From an uncultured SAR116 cluster alpha proteobacterium (GTDB taxonomy: Bacteria > Pseudomonadota > Alphaproteobacteria > Puniceispirillales > GCA-002684695), in assembly GCA_902532475.1 (NCBI GenBank), contig CACAIE010000002.1:11670-75669 (forward strand): DNA of 64,000 bases, written 5' to 3'. The notes under the pieces are model-generated. The model was not told where the DNA came from. It saw only the letters and a list, made by a program, of their open reading frames with translations, and did not search any database. Within the stretch, counting starts at the first letter, position 1; the number at the start of each line of letters is the position of its first letter. Below are positions 58,564 to 64,000 of this stretch, piece after piece. The translations under genes and the position numbers were made by a program.

Positions 58564-58714
58564 CTACCTTAAAAATAATTTCTATTAATATATCTATAAA
58601 ACTATATTTAAATATCATAAATAAATAAAATAATTTATAGTTTTATTCTTTTTGACTTTGAAAATTTATGAAAATGTTGAATATAAAATTACCAAATAAT
58701 TTAAGGAAATATAA

Positions 58715-61204
58715 ATGTTAGAAGAGCATATTAGTCCAGATGCCAAAGATAAAAATAGTAAACTTCCATCACATGCCAGGGTTGTTGTTATCGGTGGGGG
58801 TGTTGTCGGTTGCTCAGTACTTTATCATTTAACTTTACATGGTTGGAAGGATGTAGTGCTATTAGAAAAAAATGAGCTTACATCTGGCTCTACATGGCAT
58901 GCAGCTGGAAATTGTCCAAATTTTGTTGGCTCATGGACTATGATGAAAATGCAATCTTATTCTACTGAGTTATACAGGAAATTGGGTGATTTAGTTGATT
59001 ATCCGATTAATTACCATGTTACTGGCGCAATTAGACTTGCGCATTCAAGGCAAAGAATGGAAGAATTTAAACATGTTTGCTCTATGGGAAAACAAATGGG
59101 AGTTGAGTTTGAAATGCTCACAAACAGTCAAATCAAAGAGCTACACCCATTTATAGAAACACATGATCTTGATGGTGGACAATGGGATCCTCTTGATGGA
59201 GATATAGACCCTGCGCAATTGACCCAAGCTTTAGCAAGAGGCGCCAAAAACAATGGTGGAAAAATTATTAGATTTTGCCCCGCTACCAAAGCAGAAAGGC
59301 TAAATGATGAATGGGTTGTTAGTACACCTAATGGAAAAATTACATGTGAATATGTTGTAAATGCAGCTGGTTATAGAGCTGCAGAAATCGGTTTAATGTT
59401 TGGCAGAAATGTCCCTTGTGTTTCGATAGCTCATCAGTATCTTATAACTGAGCCTATTCCAGAGCTAGAAGCCTTAAAATATAAAGTGCCACTCGTCAGG
59501 GATCCTGACTCATCATATTATTTAAGGCAGGAAAAACATGGGCTCTTATTAGGCCCATATGAAAAAAACTGCAAAGCTCACTGGACAGCAAAAGACGATC
59601 CAATGCCTGAAGACTTCTCATTTCAACTATATAATGATGATTTAGAAAGGCTGGAATGGTATATTGATGATGCTTGTAAACGGGTGCCTTTGCTAGGAAG
59701 CGTTGGTATAACTAGAGTTGTTAATGGGCCCATTCCTTATGCTCCTGATGGGCTGCCTCTTATTGGTCAAATGCCAGGAGTAAAAAATGCTTTTGAGGCT
59801 TGCGTATTTACTTTTGGAATAGTGCAAGGTGGAGGAGCTGGAAAACTTTTGGCAGATATAATAGTGGAAGGTGAATCAGAAACTGATTCTTGGGCTGTAG
59901 ATCCAAGAAGATACACAAATCATGTTGATCAAGAATACACTCAAGCAAAAGCCATTGAAACTTATAGCCATGAATACGCAATGCATTTTCCTCAAATTCA
60001 ATGGCCTGCAGGAAGGCCAGCAAAAACATCTCCTATTTACAATGAATTATTATCTGCAGGAGCGGTAATGGGTTCTTATGGAGGTTGGGAAAGAGCTGAC
60101 TGGTTTACAGAAAATGAAAGTTTAAAAAAACCTGCAACATCTTATGATAGACAACATTGGTTTGATGACGTAGCAAAAGAATGTGAAAATGTTTCAAAAA
60201 ACTGTGGATTAATTGATTTAACTGGTTTTTCTAGATTTGAGATTTCAGGTGATGGCGCCTCTCAATGGTTAGAAACTATGATAACTGGCAATCTGCCTAA
60301 AATTGGCAAAGTAGGTTTGATCTATTTTTCCTCTCCTCTGGGCAAAGTATTAACTGAAATGACAGCCACAAGAATCTCAGAAAATAATATCTGGCTTTTA
60401 ACTGGGGCAGGAGCATACTGGCATGATAGAGATTGGCTATATTTTAATCTTCCAAAAAACACGGATATTAACATAGAGGATACAACTCATAATTTAGGTA
60501 CTCTATTATTAACAGGGCCAAAATCTGATTTGTTACTTTCAAACTTAACTCAGGAAAAACTTGATAAGATAAACTTTCCTTGGCTAACTCACAAAGAGGC
60601 ATCCTTATGTGATGAAATTTGTCGTATTCTTAAAGTGTCTTATGCAGGTGAAAAAGGCTATGAAATTCATGTTGCAAATGAAAAAATGCTCAAAATATAC
60701 CATGAGATTATAAAATCAGGTAAAGAGTATAATTTGTCTCATTTTGGCATGCTAGCTCTAGATTCTATGCGACTAGAAAAAAATTACAGATCATGGAAAA
60801 GTGACCTTACCTCAGATTTTACCATTCTCCAAAGCGGTTTAAAAAGATGGTTAAATCTTAGCAAAGAAAATTTTATTGGTAAAGATTCCTTGAAAAGAGA
60901 ATTAGAAATTGGTGTTACAAAAACGTTTGTAACCCTTATAGTTGAAGACCCAGAAGACAATGAACCTTTTGGTGAGCCAGTTTATTTATCTCCAGTTTTT
61001 TCAGGCGACAATTATCTTGGCCCTATTGTTTCATCAGGATATGGGCACAGAGTAAAAAAATCAATTTCAATGGCGATACTAGATAACAAAATTCTGCAAG
61101 GATTAAATGATCAAATATATATAGAAGTTTTAGGCAGAAAGAGGAAAGCAAGTATCGTCAAACAGGCTTTGTATGATCCAGAGAATAATAAACTAAGGAG
61201 TTGA
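58715..61204 (+). CDS. Dimethylglycine/sarcosine dehydrogenase-like protein (FAD DAO domain plus GcvT folate-binding domain)
   Basis: VVVIGGGVVGCS, SGSTWHAAG (covalent-flavin His context), and a C-terminal aminomethyltransferase-like domain (YAGEKGYEIHV). Confidence 0.88.
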   Translation: MLEEHISPDAKDKNSKLPSHARVVVIGGGVVGCSVLYHLTLHGWKDVVLLEKNELTSGSTWHAAGNCPNFVGSWTMMKMQSYSTELYRKLGDLVDYPINYHVTGAIRLAHSRQRMEEFKHVCSMGKQMGVEFEMLTNSQIKELHPFIETHDLDGGQWDPLDGDIDPAQLTQALARGAKNNGGKIIRFCPATKAERLNDEWVVSTPNGKITCEYVVNAAGYRAAEIGLMFGRNVPCVSIAHQYLITEPIPELEALKYKVPLVRDPDSSYYLRQEKHGLLLGPYEKNCKAHWTAKDDPMPEDFSFQLYNDDLERLEWYIDDACKRVPLLGSVGITRVVNGPIPYAPDGLPLIGQMPGVKNAFEACVFTFGIVQGGGAGKLLADIIVEGESETDSWAVDPRRYTNHVDQEYTQAKAIETYSHEYAMHFPQIQWPAGRPAKTSPIYNELLSAGAVMGSYGGWERADWFTENESLKKPATSYDRQHWFDDVAKECENVSKNCGLIDLTGFSRFEISGDGASQWLETMITGNLPKIGKVGLIYFSSPLGKVLTEMTATRISENNIWLLTGAGAYWHDRDWLYFNLPKNTDINIEDTTHNLGTLLLTGPKSDLLLSNLTQEKLDKINFPWLTHKEASLCDEICRILKVSYAGEKGYEIHVANEKMLKIYHEIIKSGKEYNLSHFGMLALDSMRLEKNYRSWKSDLTSDFTILQSGLKRWLNLSKENFIGKDSLKRELEIGVTKTFVTLIVEDPEDNEPFGEPVYLSPVFSGDNYLGPIVSSGYGHRVKKSISMAILDNKILQGLNDQIYIEVLGRKRKASIVKQALYDPENNKLRS

Positions 61205-63678
61205 CGTTGAATATTCCCAAACAAGCAAATGTGATCATTATTGGGGGTGGAGTTATAGGATGCTCTATAGCATATCACTTAGGCAAATTGGGTTGGAAAG
61301 ATATAGTATTGCTTGAAAGAAAAAAATTAACCAGCGGAACCACATGGCATGCCGCAGGTTTAATTGCCCAACTCAGAGCCACACAAAATATGACTAGGTT
61401 AGCTAAATATAGCCAAGAACTATATTGGGATCTAGAAAAAGAAACAGGCGTGGTTACTGGTTTTAAAAGAAACGGATCTATGACAGTTGCCCTTACAGAG
61501 GAAAGACTTGAAGAGCTTAATAGACAAGCTGATATGGCAAGAGCTTATGATGTAGAAATTGAAAACATTAATAAATCACAAATCCAAGAACGGTATCCTC
61601 ATTTAAACACTGAAGATGTCCTTGGTGGGGTTTGGCTTCCTAAAGATGGTCAAGCTGATCCAGTTAATATTACCCTTGCTTTAGCCAAAGGGGCTAGGAA
61701 TTTTGGTGTCACTATTATCGAAGACCTTAAGGTTAATTCCATTGAAACTAATGATGGGAAAGTTAAAGCTGTTAGAACTCACCAAGGTATAATAAACGCT
61801 AATTATATTGTCAACGCTGGTGGAATGTGGGGTCAAGAAATTGGTAATATGGCAGGAGCCTCGGTCCCATTACACGCATGTGAACATTTTTATATTGTAA
61901 CCGAACCAATTGATAACTTAACGCCCGAATTACCAGTTTTAAGAGTCCCAGATGAATGTGCTTACTACAAAGAGGATGCAGGCAAAATTTTATTAGGTGC
62001 TTTTGAGCCAAATTCAAAACCATGGGGTGGCGATGGAATACCCGAAGACTTTGAATTTGATAGCTTGCCAGAAGATTTTGATCATTTTGAACCTATTCTT
62101 GAAAGAGCTGTTAAGAGATTTCCTTTTCTGGATAAAGCAGGAATAAAAACATTTTTTAATGGACCTGAAAGTTTCACTGTAGATAACAGATACCTTCTTG
62201 GAGAAACTCCTGAAGTTAAAAATTTTTTTGTTGCAGCTGGATTTAATTCTGTTGGGATCCAATCTGCTGGAGGAGCTGGAAAAGTTTTGGCTGATTGGAT
62301 AAATTCAGGGAGACCAACTATTGATCTTTGGGAGGTTGATATAAGAAGAATGATGCCCTTTCAAAAAAATAAAAATTATCTCCGAACCCGAGTTTCTGAG
62401 ACATTAGGTTTATTATACGCTGATCATTTTCCATATCGACAATTTGAAACTGGAAGAAATATAAAAAGAAGCCCAATTCATTTTCATCTTGAAAAACAAG
62501 GAGCATGCTTTGGGGAAACGTCTGGTTGGGAAAGGCCTAATTGGTTTTTGAATGAAAATGAATTAAGTCAGAAAAAAATACCGGAATATAAATATTCATG
62601 GAAAAGGCAAAATTGGTTTTCAAATAGTGCCCACGAACATAAAGCAGTAAGAAACTCTGTAGGTTTATTTGATTTGTCCAGTTTTGGTAAAATCAAATTA
62701 AGTGGAAAAGATTCAGAAGACTTTCTTCAAAAAATATGTGGTAACAACATAGCAGTACCCGTTGGGAAAATAGTTTATACACAATTTTTAAATGATGACG
62801 GAGGCATTGAATCAGATGTTACAATTACAAGACTGTCATCAGATGAGTTCATAATTGTAACGCCAGCAGCCACTATACAGAAAGACCTAAACTGGATAAA
62901 AAACCATATCCCAACTGATGCGCATTGTTTTTCTTACGATGCCACTTCATCTGAAGCGGTAATATCTGTAATGGGGCCCAACTCACGTAAATTTCTTCAA
63001 CCGTTAATTTTAAACTCTTTAGATAATGAAGATTTTCCTTTTGGACATGCCAAGGAAATTGAAATAGGCATGAGCATAGCTAGAGCTCATAGGATAAGTT
63101 ATGTTGGTGAGTTAGGTTGGGAAATTTATATTTCATCAGACATGGCTGCACATGTTTTTGAACAAATACAAGAAAGGAGTGCAGAAATGCCCATTAAGTT
63201 ATGTGGCTTACACAGCCTTGATAGCTGTAGAATTGAAAAAGCATATAGGCATTATGGTCATGACATTTCAACTGAAGACAATATAATTGAAGCAGGGCTT
63301 GGATTTGCCGTTAAAACTCAAAAACCCAAAAGTAAGTTTGGTGATTTTATTGGTAAAAATGCTGTCGAAATAAAAAAACAAGAGGGTGTTGAAAAAAGAT
63401 TAATGCAATTTGTTTTAAACGATCCTGAACCATTATTATATCATAATGAACCCATAATAAAAGATGACAGAATTGTTGGTTACCTTACAAGTGGTAACTT
63501 TGGGCATCATTTAGGTTCTTCTGTTGGAATGGGCTATGTGACTTGCAAACAAAAAGGTGAAAGTCCAGAAGAACATCTTAAGGGAAATTACATGATTGAT
63601 GTGGCCGGCAAAAGATATTCTGCCACCGCTTACTTGAAACCTGCTTATGATCCATTAAGCAATAATGTTAAAATTTAA
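61201..63678 (+). CDS. Second dimethylglycine/sarcosine dehydrogenase-like paralogue
   Basis: IIIGGGVIGCS, SGTTWHAAG, YVGELGWEIYI. TTG start overlaps the previous stop. Clearly diverged from the upstream copy. Confidence 0.88.
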   Translation: MTLNIPKQANVIIIGGGVIGCSIAYHLGKLGWKDIVLLERKKLTSGTTWHAAGLIAQLRATQNMTRLAKYSQELYWDLEKETGVVTGFKRNGSMTVALTEERLEELNRQADMARAYDVEIENINKSQIQERYPHLNTEDVLGGVWLPKDGQADPVNITLALAKGARNFGVTIIEDLKVNSIETNDGKVKAVRTHQGIINANYIVNAGGMWGQEIGNMAGASVPLHACEHFYIVTEPIDNLTPELPVLRVPDECAYYKEDAGKILLGAFEPNSKPWGGDGIPEDFEFDSLPEDFDHFEPILERAVKRFPFLDKAGIKTFFNGPESFTVDNRYLLGETPEVKNFFVAAGFNSVGIQSAGGAGKVLADWINSGRPTIDLWEVDIRRMMPFQKNKNYLRTRVSETLGLLYADHFPYRQFETGRNIKRSPIHFHLEKQGACFGETSGWERPNWFLNENELSQKKIPEYKYSWKRQNWFSNSAHEHKAVRNSVGLFDLSSFGKIKLSGKDSEDFLQKICGNNIAVPVGKIVYTQFLNDDGGIESDVTITRLSSDEFIIVTPAATIQKDLNWIKNHIPTDAHCFSYDATSSEAVISVMGPNSRKFLQPLILNSLDNEDFPFGHAKEIEIGMSIARAHRISYVGELGWEIYISSDMAAHVFEQIQERSAEMPIKLCGLHSLDSCRIEKAYRHYGHDISTEDNIIEAGLGFAVKTQKPKSKFGDFIGKNAVEIKKQEGVEKRLMQFVLNDPEPLLYHNEPIIKDDRIVGYLTSGNFGHHLGSSVGMGYVTCKQKGESPEEHLKGNYMIDVAGKRYSATAYLKPAYDPLSNNVKI

Positions 63679-63700
63679 TCTTCTTTAAGGAATTAATTTT

Positions 63701-64000
63701 ATGGGTGATGTTGAAATTAATAAAAGGGGCAAAAGATCTGGAGGCAGAACTGCCAGACGACTGAAAAGGTCAGCACCGCTACCCGATAATATTAAACCTA
63801 TTGGTCCTGGAATGGTTGGCGGTTCATATAAGCCACTTTCGCGCAATGATATTGCAGCAATAGAGCAAACTATTTTCCAATTATTAGAAGAAGTAGGACT
63901 TTCTCAAGCACCTGATACCGGAATAAAAAAAATGCAAGAATATGGAGCAATATTAGGTGATGATAAAAGATTAAGGTTCAAAAATGACGTAGTAAAAAAG
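63701..64000 (+). CDS. MttB-superfamily methyltransferase, 3' end cut by window edge
   Basis: First 100 codons (MGDVEINKRGKRSGGRTARR...IEQTIFQLLEEVGL) parallel the N-terminus of the 27523..29094 protein (RTARRSGGRS...AAMQVLEEIGI). Confidence 0.75.
   Translation, partial: MGDVEINKRGKRSGGRTARRLKRSAPLPDNIKPIGPGMVGGSYKPLSRNDIAAIEQTIFQLLEEVGLSQAPDTGIKKMQEYGAILGDDKRLRFKNDVVKK

Noticed and set aside
1-64000. A scan by eye for tRNA or rRNA genes, CRISPR arrays, IS elements, integrases, phage or defence-system genes, and long direct repeats.
   Set aside because: None was found. All spacers over 100 nt are AT-rich promoter or leader regions. No regularly spaced repeats and no recombinase or transposase-like ORFs are present. 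A computational scan (tRNAscan-SE, Infernal, repeat finder) would be needed to be definitive.

Overview
By inspection this is a very AT-rich, tightly packed bacterial chromosome segment. Intergenic spacers are tiny, with many 1-, 4- or 8-nt start/stop overlaps and overlapping convergent gene ends. The gene content is typical of a streamlined marine alphaproteobacterium of the SAR11/Pelagibacterales type, though I cannot confirm taxonomy without a search. That content includes BHMT-metY behind a SAM-II-like leader, DMGDH-type FAD/folate enzymes, non-pyrrolysine MttB homologues and sugar-type ABC importers. I support about 60 protein-coding genes and found no rRNA, tRNA, CRISPR array, transposase or integrase.

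From left to right the window contains:
- an SDR / Zn-ADH / split UxaA (SuyAB-like) / CMD / PrpD operon;
- a threonine aldolase broken by a homopolymer frameshift;
- a CysK-like plus aspartate-dehydrogenase-like pair;
- a large LacI-linked ABC-transporter catabolic island holding five SnoaL/NTF2-like genes (one frameshifted), a bicupin, a MetE-like protein, a long RraA/HMG-aldolase-like protein, a HisD-family dehydrogenase, an SDR and a class-III aminotransferase;
- a flavin monooxygenase plus GST-zeta isomerase;
- a long minus-strand hutI-hutH-hutU operon that continues into flavin reductase, ornithine cyclodeaminase, a second HAL-family lyase lacking the MIO-forming Ser, an MttB-family methyltransferase, a Rieske oxygenase and a DMT permease, with hutF divergent;
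- a phosphorus/arsenate block (ppx, ppk2, SixA-like, GAPDH-ArsJ, PiT);
- a NUDIX / hydrolase / metY / bhmt operon;
- a second ABC importer with no ATPase gene;
- a split DUF442 plus persulfide dioxygenase pair, mmsA and an HD-domain oxygenase-like gene;
- two tandem DMGDH-like genes followed by another MttB gene cut by the window edge.

The best candidate for an undescribed system is the hut-embedded module built around the MIO-less lyase and MttB. I propose it catabolises an N-methylated histidine derivative (hercynine or ergothioneine type) and feeds urocanate into Hut. That is inference and needs experimental testing.
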